A DNA stretch of 63,064 nucleotides, counting the filler, from an uncultured Synergistales bacterium (GTDB taxonomy: Bacteria > Synergistota > Synergistia > Synergistales > Aminobacteriaceae), in assembly GCA_937897575.1 (NCBI GenBank). It is 5 parts of 5 records of this genome, joined end to end, with 100 filler letters (N's around TTAATTAATTAA, not from the genome) between each part and the next. Parts side by side here need not be neighbours in the genome. Positions count along the whole stretch, not along the records: positions 47,332 to 53,932 come from CALCQG010000098.1; positions 54,033 to 56,062 come from CALCQG010000103.1; positions 56,163 to 63,064 come from CALCQG010000104.1; 2 more parts are not named here. One strand, 5' to 3'. The notes beneath the pieces are model-generated. The model was not told where the DNA came from. It searched no databases and saw only the letters and a program-made list of their open reading frames with translations. Both the position numbers and the translations under genes were made by a program. Shown here one piece after another: positions 48,152-58,364 of the stretch; position 1 is the stretch's first letter; each line of letters begins with the position of its first letter.

Positions 48152-49612
48152 TTACAGCAAGGCCACGCCGGCGATCAGGGAGAGCCCCGCCGCGGCGACG
48201 GTCCGAAGGCGCATCGGATAGGCTCCCCAGGCCACGACGAACAAGAAGAGCCCGGCCCCGGCGGCCGCCAGAAGAGGCGTCCAGGAGACCGTCCATGGGA
48301 TGATCCGGACGACCCCCTCCGCCGCGCCCTCCCAGAGCGAGAACAGCCCCTCCGCCGCCCGAGCGGCGACAGAGCCGCCCGGCAGCCCCAGCAAGGCGGG
48401 CAGCGAGAGCAGCAGCCCTGCGGGGTAGAGGTATCCGAAGACGGGCAGCGCCGCCAGGTTGACCGCCATCCCCGCGGCGGGAACCGCTCCGAAGACGGCC
48501 GAGGCCTGGGGAAAGGTGGCGAGCCAGACGAGGGGGCTCGCCGCAGCCAGGGTTTTCCAGCCCTCCACCCGGCCGTAGAGGGCCGAGAGGAGCAGCGCGG
48601 AGATGACGGACAGCCTCCACCCCACGTCCCAGAACCAGACGGGGTTCCAGAGCAGAAGGCAGATCGCCGCGAAGGCAACGGAGTTCACGGGGTTCCCCCG
48701 TCGGCCCGCGAGCTGTCCCAGGAGGACGCACTGGATCATGAAGACCGCCCGAAGCGCGCTGGGTGCGCCGCCGGCGAGAAGGGCATACCCCCAGACGAAG
48801 AGGCTCACGAGGAGGACGGCCATCGGACGCCCGACACGCGGCGCAATCAGGCGGGAGCGCAGCGCCCGCCAGGTCCAGAGGGAGACGAGCCCCACGTGAA
48901 AGCCCGAGACGGCCAGCAGGTGGGCCGTCCCCCACCGGCGATGCCGTTCCGCCAGATCAGGGTCCCGGACGCCGAGCAAAGCGGCCAGCAGATAGCCCCG
49001 TGTTCTCTCCGGGAGGACGCGCAGCATCCGCTCCCGCAGCGCCGTCCGTCGGGCGGGGAGAGACCAGCCCCTCTCGCGGCGGACGGTCATCTCCTCGGGC
49101 ACGACCTCGAAGACGGCGCCCCGGGCCCGCCAGTACCGGTCCTCGCGGAAGGAGGAGTCCCGTCTCGTCCGTATGGGGATGGCTCGCCCCGAGAGAAGGA
49201 TTCCGTCGCCCTCCCGGACCCCTTTGTCCACCGGGACCTTCATGAGAAACCGCCCCCTGGCTCCGTCCACGATGACCGTCCGCTGGCCGCCCCAGGGGCG
49301 CTCGTAGACCACCTCTCCTCCGTCATGAAACGACCCGTCGGGCACGGTGCGGGGCATAAGGGCTCCGTGGCACCGGAGGGAGGCCAGCAGTGTCAGCGAG
49401 ACGAGCAGTGCGGCGCAGAGGAAGAAGGCGGGCGGGTAGCGTTCGCTGAAGAGCAGGATCAGCGAGAGGGTGAAGAGCGGCGCCGTCAGGGCGGCGATGG
49501 CGGGGTCGACGCCTCGCCCGGCGAGGGCCAGGGAGCCGCAGAGCCCGCCGAGGACGAAGACCAGCGGAGCGCGGGCCACGCCCTCCGCTGCGACGAAGGG
49601 AAGGGTCTTCAT
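48152..49612 (-). CDS. comEC: ComEC/Rec2 competence protein (no C-terminal beta-lactamase domain)
   Basis: G.AHLLAVSGFHV, PSALRA.FM, DVGW.LS. Confidence 0.88.
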   Translation of the reverse strand: MKTLPFVAAEGVARAPLVFVLGGLCGSLALAGRGVDPAIAALTAPLFTLSLILLFSERYPPAFFLCAALLVSLTLLASLRCHGALMPRTVPDGSFHDGGEVVYERPWGGQRTVIVDGARGRFLMKVPVDKGVREGDGILLSGRAIPIRTRRDSSFREDRYWRARGAVFEVVPEEMTVRRERGWSLPARRTALRERMLRVLPERTRGYLLAALLGVRDPDLAERHRRWGTAHLLAVSGFHVGLVSLWTWRALRSRLIAPRVGRPMAVLLVSLFVWGYALLAGGAPSALRAVFMIQCVLLGQLAGRRGNPVNSVAFAAICLLLWNPVWFWDVGWRLSVISALLLSALYGRVEGWKTLAAASPLVWLATFPQASAVFGAVPAAGMAVNLAALPVFGYLYPAGLLLSLPALLGLPGGSVAARAAEGLFSLWEGAAEGVVRIIPWTVSWTPLLAAAGAGLFLFVVAWGAYPMRLRTVAAAGLSLIAGVALL

Positions 49613-50289
49613 CGCACCGAGACGACCTTTCGCAGCTCCTCCATCTTCTTCGGGCCGATCCCCCTCACCTTCAGGAGCTCATCCACGGATGCGAAGCCGC
49701 CCCGGCTCTCCCGGTAGGCGACGATGGCCTCAGCCGTCGCGGGGCCGACGCCGGGCAGCGTCTCGAGTTCGGCGCGGGACGCCCGGTTGAGGTTCACCGT
49801 CCCGACGGGCAGGGGGCCTGGCGAAACGAGCGGCACGGCCGACGCCGGCGCTCCCCTTTGGGACGTGGGCGCCGACGTCCCCTCGCCCAGGAGGGGGACA
49901 TGGATGTGCACGCCGTCGGCGAGGGGCATGGCCAGGTTGATCTGCACTCTGTCCGCCTGAGCCGTGAGGCCGCCGGCCGCATCGACGAGGTGATAGACCC
50001 GGCTCTCGGCCGGAAGGTGATACACGCCCGGTGCGGCGACGCCGCCCGTTATGTAGAGGACCCATTCCTTCGCCGGCGCGCGCTCTTCGGTGGGGGGCGC
50101 GGGCTCCGGGAGGGCGACGGGGCGCTGGATGGACAGGGCGGGGCCGGCCTCCATCCCCGACGGGGTTTTGCTGAACCGGCCGGAGAACAGGGAGACCATC
50201 CCCCAGGCCACGGCGAAGCAGGAGATCCCTATGGCGAAGGACAGGACCGCCTTTTTTGGAACGCGCTGGAAAAAGTCGTCCATCCGCAC
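49609..50289 (-). CDS. comEA: ComEA DNA-binding competence protein
   Basis: TM anchor, SLBB (G.V..PGVY), VNLN.AS..ELE.LPGVG..TA..I helix-hairpin-helix. Confidence 0.92.
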   Translation of the reverse strand: MRMDDFFQRVPKKAVLSFAIGISCFAVAWGMVSLFSGRFSKTPSGMEAGPALSIQRPVALPEPAPPTEERAPAKEWVLYITGGVAAPGVYHLPAESRVYHLVDAAGGLTAQADRVQINLAMPLADGVHIHVPLLGEGTSAPTSQRGAPASAVPLVSPGPLPVGTVNLNRASRAELETLPGVGPATAEAIVAYRESRGGFASVDELLKVRGIGPKKMEELRKVVSVR

Positions 50290-50302
50290 CGACGCTCCCC
50301 CC

Positions 50303-51631
50303 TCACTCCGCCGGGGCCACGATCCTGCCCGTAAGGCACCAGCTCTCCCCTCGCGTGATCTCCACGGAGACGAACCGCCCCAGCAGCTCCTCTCCGGCCT
50401 CCACGAGGACCACCTTGTCCGACGGGGTCCGCCCCTGGAGCATTCCCGCTCCCCTGGGGGCCACGTCGTCCAGGAGCACGACGACGGTCCGTCCAACGAG
50501 CGCACGGTTGATCTCCGTGGCGATCTCCTTCTGGAGTTCGTTCACCTCGTTCAGCCTGGCCATGGAGACGTCCCGGGGGACCTGGTCGGCCCACAGGGCT
50601 GCGGCCGTCCCCTGCCGGGGCGAGTAGGCCGCCGAGTGGACCAGGTCGAACCGGAACTCCCGCAACACGGCCAGGGAGTCCTGAAAGTCCTCCTCCGTCT
50701 CGCCCGGATGGCCGACGATGAGGTCCGTGGTGAGCCCCAGGTCGGGGAGTCGGCTCCGCAGCAGCGACACGATCCGCCGGAAGTCCTCCACGGTGTACCG
50801 CCGGTTCATCCGCTTCAGCATCCCGTCGCTGCCCGACTGAATGGGCAGGTTGACCGAGGGGCAGAGCACATCGTCCCGCTCCGCCATGGCCTCCACCACG
50901 TCGGGCGTGAAGTCCTTCGGGTGGGACGTGACGAACCGGAGGCGTCGGACGCCCGTGTCGACCCCGGCACGAAGAAGGTCGGAGAAGGAGTACGCCGTCG
51001 GCAGATCCTGGCCGTAGCTGTCCACGTTCTGTCCGAGGAGGGTGATCTCCTGGACTCCGTCCATGACCAGAACCCTCATCTCGGCGAGGATCTCCTCGGG
51101 GGGGCGGGAGACGAAGCGCCCGCGCACGTAGGGAACGATGCAGTAGGAGCAGAAGTTGTCGCACCCGTGGGCGATGGTGATGAAGGCCTTCCACCGGTTC
51201 ACCCGCTCCACCGTCGCTCCGGGAAGATCGAGGAAGGCTCTCGGGTCGTCGTCCAGGTGGAAGAACTTCTCCCGCTCCCCCTCCATGAGCCGTTCGAGGC
51301 CCTCGGGGACGACGCCGATATGCCGCGGCCCGGACACGAAGCGCACCCAGGGGAAACGGGCGGCCATGCGACGCCCCACGTTCTGGGCCACGCACCCCGT
51401 CACGGCCACGGAGGGTTTTCCTTCCCTCGCCCAGCGCTCTCCGTACCGGCCGAGGTCGCTCCACACCTTCTGCTCCGCCTTGTCCCGGATGCTGCACCCG
51501 TTCAGGACGACCACATCCGCCTCATCTTCGGACGCCTCGCGCCACCCCCGCGCCACGAGAGCGGATCTGATCTTGTCGCCGTCGTACACGTTCATCTGAC
51601 AGCCGTACACCTTCAGGGCAAAGCGATACAC
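50303..51631 (-). CDS. miaB: tRNA-2-methylthio-N6-dimethylallyladenosine synthase
   Basis: GCQMNVYD, C.IR.KAEQK, GCDNFCSYCIVP, TSHP, C-terminal TRAM. Confidence 0.95.
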   Translation of the reverse strand: MYRFALKVYGCQMNVYDGDKIRSALVARGWREASEDEADVVVLNGCSIRDKAEQKVWSDLGRYGERWAREGKPSVAVTGCVAQNVGRRMAARFPWVRFVSGPRHIGVVPEGLERLMEGEREKFFHLDDDPRAFLDLPGATVERVNRWKAFITIAHGCDNFCSYCIVPYVRGRFVSRPPEEILAEMRVLVMDGVQEITLLGQNVDSYGQDLPTAYSFSDLLRAGVDTGVRRLRFVTSHPKDFTPDVVEAMAERDDVLCPSVNLPIQSGSDGMLKRMNRRYTVEDFRRIVSLLRSRLPDLGLTTDLIVGHPGETEEDFQDSLAVLREFRFDLVHSAAYSPRQGTAAALWADQVPRDVSMARLNEVNELQKEIATEINRALVGRTVVVLLDDVAPRGAGMLQGRTPSDKVVLVEAGEELLGRFVSVEITRGESWCLTGRIVAPAE

Positions 51632-51760
51632 CGATTCGGTCCTCCGCAGGAGAAGATGATAGAATGGACATCGTTGACCGCATCATTATATACTGGCCGC
51701 GGGAAAAGTGCATTCCCGCCCTCTCCGCACCCCGGAGCGGCCGGTCCTCGGGAGGACGTC

Positions 51761-52231
51761 ATGAAAAAACGAATCGCTCTTTTGCCCCTTCTGTCGCTCG
51801 CGCTGCTTCCGCTCTTCGCAGCGTGCGCCTGGGCCCTCGCTCTGCCCGACATCCCCGGGTACACGGGAGAAGAGGCCCGCGTCACCCCCCTCACCGCCCC
51901 GTCGGGGAGTCAGGGGACGTGGATCGCCCGAACCTACCGGGACGCGGCGGGGCGGACCGTCCACGGCACGCTGCTCTCGGGCTCCGGAACAGGGACCCTG
52001 CGGGCGGAGCCGGGAGCAAAGGGCGACGACTTCCCCATCGGGTTCGGCTCCACCTACGAGGTCCTCGAGCTCGACGGACGACGGGCCGTCCTCGAGGACG
52101 TCCCCACCCTGGGGCGCGCGCTCGCCGTGGCGGTGGAAAAAAACGTGACCCTCACCCTCGAATCCTCCTCCCTCTCGGGAGAAGAACTTCAGGCGGTGGC
52201 GAGGGCCATCCTGGCCGCCATCGACCACTGA
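51761..52231 (+). CDS. Secreted hypothetical protein
   Basis: GGAGG RBS, MKKR..signal peptide AWA. Confidence 0.75.
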   Translation: MKKRIALLPLLSLALLPLFAACAWALALPDIPGYTGEEARVTPLTAPSGSQGTWIARTYRDAAGRTVHGTLLSGSGTGTLRAEPGAKGDDFPIGFGSTYEVLELDGRRAVLEDVPTLGRALAVAVEKNVTLTLESSSLSGEELQAVARAILAAIDH

Positions 52232-52410
52232 CCGCCCCCGCACTCGGCAAACGAGGGCCGCTCGGGCGCGGAGATCGGCGATGCGGAGGCGGAGCCCGCC
52301 GGGACCTTGGGAAGGACCGGGATGAAGAGAGAAATACCGGATGCAGGACGCAAAGAAGGACGGAACCGAGGTCGGCTCCGTCCTTCTCCATGCTTTTTGG
52401 CGGTCCGGGG

Positions 52411-53421
52411 TCACTTTCCGGCGTATTCCCTGATGAACTCCTCGATGAGCTCCTTTGAAAGCTTGTCGCCGAGCTTGTCCCACGTGGCCGTGACCTTCGA
52501 GAAGACGGGGGCCAGCTCTTCCGGGGAATAGGTGTGAACCTCGACGCCCGCCGCTCTCAGAAGATCGAGGTGCTTCTGCTGGTCCGCCTCCGCATGGTCG
52601 ATGCTGGCGGCGGTCATTCTCGAACAGGCGTCCGCGATGACGGCCCTGTCCTCCTCCGTCAGTTTTTCCCACGTCTTCAGGCTGATCATGTAGTTCAGGT
52701 TCTCCATGGAGAACCTGAGATCGTACCAGTATTTGAGGACGTCCTTCAGCATGGCGTATGCCGCCGTGGGCGTCATGCCGCTCACCCCTTCGGCGAAGCC
52801 GTTCTGCAGGGACGCCTGCACTTCGTCCCAGCGGATGGTGATCGTCTGGTAGCCCATGGCTTCGGCGCTGAGCTTGAAGGCCTCCATGGTGGGGATGCGG
52901 AGCAGAATGCCCTTCTTGACCTCGGGATTCAGCGGCTCGATCACCGGTTTCGTGCTGCCGATGCCGATGAACCCCTCTATCTGAAAGGCGAGGAGTTTCA
53001 CGCCAAGGCGGGTGTGGAGCTCGTCCATCTTCCGGAAGAGCCAGCCGTCGCGAGCGAAGAACTTTCTGGCGTCGTCGAACGTCCGGACGACGCAGTTCAT
53101 ATAGGCGATCTCGAGCCTCGGGTCGAATTGGCTCGGGACCGTGATCGCCGCCATATCGATGGACCCTCGGATCAACTCCTCGTACACGAGGGTGTAATCC
53201 CCGAGCTCGTTGTTGGGAAAGATCTGGACCGCTATGCGCCCGCCGGTTTTTTCGAGGACCTCTTCCGCCACCTGCCGCATGAGGACGGTGGCCACATGTC
53301 CCTCCGGGAACTGTCCGGCGAAGCGGAGCGTCATCTCCGGCGCCGCAGCCGCGCAGCCGGGAAGGAGGACTGTCATGAGGGAGAGAACGCCGAGAAAAAC
53401 GCACACCATAACCCTTCGCAT
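52411..53421 (-). CDS. dctP: TRAP transporter substrate-binding protein DctP
   Basis: EKTGGRI.V.IFPN.ELG, KG..LR.P, SLQNG..EG. Confidence 0.88.
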   Translation of the reverse strand: MRRVMVCVFLGVLSLMTVLLPGCAAAAPEMTLRFAGQFPEGHVATVLMRQVAEEVLEKTGGRIAVQIFPNNELGDYTLVYEELIRGSIDMAAITVPSQFDPRLEIAYMNCVVRTFDDARKFFARDGWLFRKMDELHTRLGVKLLAFQIEGFIGIGSTKPVIEPLNPEVKKGILLRIPTMEAFKLSAEAMGYQTITIRWDEVQASLQNGFAEGVSGMTPTAAYAMLKDVLKYWYDLRFSMENLNYMISLKTWEKLTEEDRAVIADACSRMTAASIDHAEADQQKHLDLLRAAGVEVHTYSPEELAPVFSKVTATWDKLGDKLSKELIEEFIREYAGK

Positions 53422-53644
53422 AAAACACACCCCTCTCGGAATCGAAATGTATGCTTCGCATGCCGGGCAGTTGCCGTACACGGAATCGCGCCCTTTCAGC
53501 AACAATAGTATACCATTTCTCCCCGGGCGAAAAAGAAAATCCCATGCCCCTGCCCTCTTTCGGAAGGCGCCCGATGCATGGAAGAGGCACGCGTCTGAAG
53601 AGGTCGGCCGCGACGAGACGGGGTTGATGAAGGCGGCGGACAGC

Positions 53645-53680
53645 AAAAATCCGGGACGGCCTTCGCCGTCCCGGATTTTT
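53645..53680. terminator. Terminator after rubredoxin
   Basis: AAAAATCCGGGACGGC-cttc-GCCGTCCCGGATTTTT. Confidence 0.8.
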
Positions 53681-53692
53681 AGCTTGCCTGCC

Positions 53693-53854
53693 TTACTCTT
53701 CTACTTCGAACATGTCCTTCCCCACCGCGCAGACCGGGCAGACCCAGTCGTCGGGGATATCCTCGAAGGCCGTCCCGGGGTTGACGCCGGAGTCGGGGTC
53801 GCCCACCGCAGGGTCGTAGACGTATCCGCACACTGTGCACACGTATTTCTTCAC
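53693..53854 (-). CDS. Rubredoxin
   Basis: [16 protein letters not shown]...[16 protein letters not shown]. Confidence 0.96.
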   Translation of the reverse strand: MKKYVCTVCGYVYDPAVGDPDSGVNPGTAFEDIPDDWVCPVCAVGKDMFEVEE

Positions 53855-53932
53855 TGAAACTTCCCCCTTCACTCGGAAATGTCGTGCTTTGGGAGGATTA
53901 TACCCTGTCCCCCCGGAAAATGACACACCGCC

Positions 53933-54032
53933 NNNNNNNNNNNNNNNNNNNNNNNNNNNNNNNNNNNNNNNNNNNNTTAATTAATTAANNNNNNNNNNNN
54001 NNNNNNNNNNNNNNNNNNNNNNNNNNNNNNNN
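53933..54032. other. Assembly gap / artificial linker
   Basis: N run with TTAATTAATTAA. Confidence 0.98.
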
Positions 54033-54244
54033 AGGTGAAACTGTGCGTAAAACTTCGCTACTCCGAAGAGCTCCGCCGCCGGTATGTCGAGTTCCTTCGA
54101 CAGATAGTCCACGGCCTCGGGAGCGATGTAGCCCATCTCCTTCTGGACGTCCACGAGCAGCGGGATGGTGTTCCCCTTCATCCCGCGGTACCGGAGCACC
54201 AATGGTTCGAGGCGCTCCTCCAAATCAGGCAACGCTGTGCTCAT
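54033..54244 (-). CDS. NuoE/HydC-like subunit, N-terminal fragment
   Basis: IPLL..VQ...GYI........L......FGVAKFYAQF. Confidence 0.85.
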
Positions 54245-54725
54245 ACGATCTCCCCCTGTCTGTTTGTATCGGCGCGGAGCACTGCAAGTGCGGCGAACAG
54301 TCCCGAATGACGCGACAACCTGCACGTTCCTTAATGGCGGCCGTGAACATGTACGCTATCACGTCCCTCCCCCATCCGGCGCCTCCGGTTGTATCGGCCG
54401 AAGCGGGCCGGAAGCCGACGCGTTTCCTCTCCTCCGTGCAGAATCGCGGGTGAATATCCAACCAAGAATTGTATATAGTTCCCGTACAATAATACCAGAT
54501 TCTCGTCCTTTGGAACAGTCCGGCCTGCACTTTTTTCGCCCCCGCCGCGACAGGAGCCCGAGGCTCTGTTTCAGGGCATTCGCAACCAAGAGCGGAACGC
54601 CTTTCGGGCAAAGCCCTCGACCTCGTCCCGTGATGCTCGTATAATGTGGGCAAAAGGGTCGTTGACAGAGACGACAACATCATATACCCTGCCATAGTAT
54701 AAAGTCTATATGGAGGTGTTCGTTC

Positions 54726-54959
54726 ATGATCAGAGTGTATTCGACCCCGACGTGCCCCTGGTGCACCAAGGCGAAGCAGTATCTGGAGGGAAAGAAGGTT
54801 GCCTTCGAGGATATCAACGTGGCCCAGGACCGGGAGGCCGCCAAGGATGTCGTGGCGAAGACGGGGCAGATGGGCGTGCCGGTGATCCAGATCGGCGAGC
54901 GGTACATCGTGGGGTACGATACGGCGGCCATCGACGAGGAACTGGCGAAGCTGAAATAA
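54726..54959 (+). CDS. Glutaredoxin-like protein (YruB/NrdH type)
   Basis: VYSTPTCPWC, TGQMGVPVI. Confidence 0.93.
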   Translation: MIRVYSTPTCPWCTKAKQYLEGKKVAFEDINVAQDREAAKDVVAKTGQMGVPVIQIGERYIVGYDTAAIDEELAKLK

Positions 54960-54987
54960 CATCTGACGTACAAGGGAGGAGTGGAGA

Positions 54988-56062
54988 GTGCCGCAGAGCA
55001 GCGCAGCGGATTCCGAACTGCTGACCCTGTCCTTCGGGCTGGCGGTGAACGGCTCTCGGGGGGAGGGCGACTCCGGATCGGTTCAGTGGGACGCCATCGA
55101 CGCCTTCGATAACGTTCTGAAGGAAGGGGACGCCTCGCTCCGCAAGGCGGCGGACGAGGGGCGCGACGGGGTCGGCTGGCTGAACCTGCCTTTCTGCGAC
55201 ATTGCCGATATCGAGGAGGCCGCCAGATGGCTCTCGCGCTTCGAGGCCGTCGTCCAGGTCGGGATAGGCGGGTCGGCCCTCGGGAACCTCATGCTCCACG
55301 CCGCGCTTCTCCCCCCGTACTGGAACGAACTCCCCGAGGGCAAGAGGACAGGCCCCCGCTTCTTCATGTCCGACAACGTGGACGCCGTGGAGAACCACGC
55401 CATATGGAACCGAATCGACCCGGAGCGGACGGCCTTCGTGGTCATCAGTAAATCGGGGAGCACCGCCGAGACCATGGCGAACTTCCTCTACTTCTGGGAC
55501 AGCCTCAAGGTGGAGCTCGGCCCGAAGCGGGCGGCCCAGCACGTGCTCGTCGTCACGGACGAGAAAAAGGGCACGTTGCGCCCCTTCTCAGACGAGGTGG
55601 GCTGTCGTCGGCTCGTCCTGCCGTCCAACGTGGGCGGTCGGTTCTCCGTCCTCTCGTCCGTCGGACTGCTCTCGGCGTCCGCCCTCGGGATACCGGTGCG
55701 GGATCTGCTTGCCGGGGCGGCGGCCATGGAGGCTCGCCTCGCCGAGCGGCGGACGGTGCGCGAGAACCCGGCGTGGACCATGGCGGCCCTCTCGGTGGCG
55801 CACTATCGCAGCGGACGGAACATGACGGTCATGATGCCCTACGAGGACGCCCTGGAGCGCTTCTGCGAGTGGTTCGCCCAGCTCTGGGGGGAGAGCCTCG
55901 GCAAGGACGGCGTGGGGTCCACGCCCATACGGGCCCTGGGCGCCATCGACCAGCACTCTCAGATCCAGCTCTACACCGAGGGGCCCGACGACAAGCTCTT
56001 CACGATCGTCACCGTCGCCGCTCCGAAGGAGGACATCGTCATCCCCGAGACGGAGGAGCAGA
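54988..56062 (+). CDS. pgi: Glucose-6-phosphate isomerase (partial, 3' end in gap)
   Basis: GIGGSALG, SKSGSTAET, VGGRFSV, QLWGESLGK, DQHS..QL. Confidence 0.93.
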
Positions 56063-56162
56063 NNNNNNNNNNNNNNNNNNNNNNNNNNNNNNNNNNNNNN
56101 NNNNNNTTAATTAATTAANNNNNNNNNNNNNNNNNNNNNNNNNNNNNNNNNNNNNNNNNNNN
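56063..56162. other. Assembly gap / artificial linker
   Basis: N run with TTAATTAATTAA. Confidence 0.98.
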
Positions 56163-56163
56163 G

Positions 56164-56202
56164 AGAATCCGCGAGAACATCGCCAGCCTGGAACGCTCCT
56201 GA
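56164..56202 (+). CDS. C-terminal tail of upstream gene, probably valS
   Basis: RIRENIASLERS* coiled-coil-like end directly before folC; valS-folC synteny (inference). Confidence 0.45.
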   Translation, partial: RIRENIASLERS

Positions 56203-56215
56203 GGAGAAAGAGACC

Positions 56216-57541
56216 ATGGACCGGCAAATCGGGACCTTCGAGGAGCTGGAGAACTTCTTTTCGACCCTGTCGAGCCCGGGGATACGCCCGGGGCTCGACA
56301 GGATCACCCGGTTGCTCGACGATCTCGGACACCCGGAGCGGTCCTTTCCATCGGTCCACATCGTAGGGACGAACGGAAAGGGATCGACGGCGGCGTTCAC
56401 CGAGAGCATCCTCCGGGCGTCGGGATACCGAACCGCCCTCTACACGAGCCCGCACCTCGTCTCACCCGCCGAGCGGCTTCTGATCGACGGAGCGGAGCTG
56501 TCCCTCGAGTCCTGGAAACGAGCGGCCCTTCGCGTGGCGTCGGCGCTCCGGGACGACCCGGCCCTCAGACAGGACCCGCCGTCCTTCTTCGAGACGATCA
56601 CCGCCGCGGCCTTCCACCTCTGCGCCGAGGAGAAGGTCGACATCGCCGTCGTGGAGGCCGGCCTCGGCGGACGTCTGGACGCCACGAACCTCCTCGGCGA
56701 CGTCGCCCTCACCCTGATCGCCTCAATCTCAATGGACCACATGGACTACCTCGGAGGGACCATCGAGGCCATCGCGAGGGAGAAGTTCGCCGTCATGCGC
56801 CCCGGGGTTCCGGCGTACTTCTCCGGCTCCCCCGCGGAACTCGTCCCGCTTTTCCGTGCCGAGGCCGCCGCGAGAGGGGCCATCGCCCATGTCTCCCCCG
56901 AGGAGTGCGTCGTCTCGGGCATCTCCGTCGACGAGGCGGGCCTCTCGTTTCAGTACGAGGGCCATGGCCTCTCCCTTTTCGTGACGACGCTCCTCCTGGG
57001 GCTGTATCAGGTGGAGAACGCCTCCCTTGCCATATCGGGCGCTGCCTCGCTCATGAGAGCCTTTCCCCGCATTACGAGCGAGACGATCGTCCGGGGCGTT
57101 GCCGAAGCCCGATGGCCGGGGCGCTTCGAGGTCCTCAGGAGAGAGCCGCCCCTCGTCCTCGACGGAGGGCACAACCCCGACGGCGTTCGGCATCTTGTCG
57201 AGGCTCTGACGGCGCTCTACGGGAACAGGAGGTTCGACATCCTGTACGCGGCCATGAAGGACAAGGACTACGGCCAGTGCCTGTCGTACCTCCGGACCGT
57301 GGGACGGCGGCTCCTCTGCACGAGGGTCCCTGGCAACGACCGGTCCGAATCGCCCCTTCTCCTCGCCGAGCGTGCCATGGCTGCAGGCTGGCCCCGGGAG
57401 GCCATCGGCAGCTTTGCCGACCCCCTGTGCGCCTTCCACGAGGCCGAGGCCGGCGGAGAGGGCGTGCTCTGCTCCGGCAGCCTGTACTTCATAGGTGCTC
57501 TTCGGCCGCGCATTCGGTCCCTCCTCGACGGAACACCATGA
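56216..57541 (+). CDS. folC: Folylpolyglutamate synthase/dihydrofolate synthase
   Basis: VGTNGKGST, YTSPHL, EAGLGGRLDATN, WPGRFE, LDGGHN, GSLY. Confidence 0.95.
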   Translation: MDRQIGTFEELENFFSTLSSPGIRPGLDRITRLLDDLGHPERSFPSVHIVGTNGKGSTAAFTESILRASGYRTALYTSPHLVSPAERLLIDGAELSLESWKRAALRVASALRDDPALRQDPPSFFETITAAAFHLCAEEKVDIAVVEAGLGGRLDATNLLGDVALTLIASISMDHMDYLGGTIEAIAREKFAVMRPGVPAYFSGSPAELVPLFRAEAAARGAIAHVSPEECVVSGISVDEAGLSFQYEGHGLSLFVTTLLLGLYQVENASLAISGAASLMRAFPRITSETIVRGVAEARWPGRFEVLRREPPLVLDGGHNPDGVRHLVEALTALYGNRRFDILYAAMKDKDYGQCLSYLRTVGRRLLCTRVPGNDRSESPLLLAERAMAAGWPREAIGSFADPLCAFHEAEAGGEGVLCSGSLYFIGALRPRIRSLLDGTP

Positions 57542-58293
57542 CGGAGCACGGGTACGCCCTCGTCCACCACAGGGACGCCCCCTTTCTGACCTACACCCTT
57601 GCGAGCGAGCCTCCTTTTTTCGAGGCCCGCCTCTTTCTGCGGGGACCGTTCATGGACGAGGCCGAGGGAGACTCGAAGCGGGCCCGGAGACTCCTCTCCG
57701 CCGTCGTTCCCGTCAAGGGGGCGCTCGTTGCCCCGAAACAGGTGCACGGATCGCACATCATCGAGGCAACGCCGTCAGCCGCCCTTCCCGCCTGCCCGGC
57801 AGGCGACGGGGTGTACCTGGAACGGACGGACATGGAGGCCTCCCTCCGCTTTGCCGACTGCCTGCCCGTCGTCATCGCATCGGACGTGCCCACCCCCAGG
57901 ATGGTCATCCTGCACTCGGGGTACAAGGGCACCGTCCTCAACATTGCGGGCAAGGCCTGTGAAAATTATTTCAGCGAAGCGCGGCGCTCCTCCCGGCTCT
58001 GGGCCTGGGTCGGGCCGGGGATCGGGCGGGACTTCTACTTCCGGAGGCTGGGGGAGGAGTGGACGACGCAGGGGATCGGATCCTTCGAGGAGGCGAACAT
58101 GACCGTCGCCGACGGCGTCGTACATTTCGACCTCGCGGGGCAGGTCCGCCACCAGCTCCTCACCGGGGGCCTCCGGCAGGAGAACATCTCCGTGATCCCC
58201 ATATGTACTTTTCGTCGGAATGAGCTATGCTACTCCTACAGGAGAGGGGACCGCGGAGGCCATCTTTTTCTTCTGGCCTCGCTCAACGGATGA
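57538..58293 (+). CDS. YfiH/PgeF (polyphenol oxidase-like) protein
   Basis: QVHG, ADCLP, HSGYKG, GPGI, FDL, CT....SYRR. Confidence 0.88.
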   Translation: MTEHGYALVHHRDAPFLTYTLASEPPFFEARLFLRGPFMDEAEGDSKRARRLLSAVVPVKGALVAPKQVHGSHIIEATPSAALPACPAGDGVYLERTDMEASLRFADCLPVVIASDVPTPRMVILHSGYKGTVLNIAGKACENYFSEARRSSRLWAWVGPGIGRDFYFRRLGEEWTTQGIGSFEEANMTVADGVVHFDLAGQVRHQLLTGGLRQENISVIPICTFRRNELCYSYRRGDRGGHLFLLASLNG

Positions 58294-58364
58294 ATATGTC
58301 ACTTTTCCCCCTCTTTTGGTGACAATAATGGAAAGGGAAGATCTCCGAAGGAGATGATCGGTCT

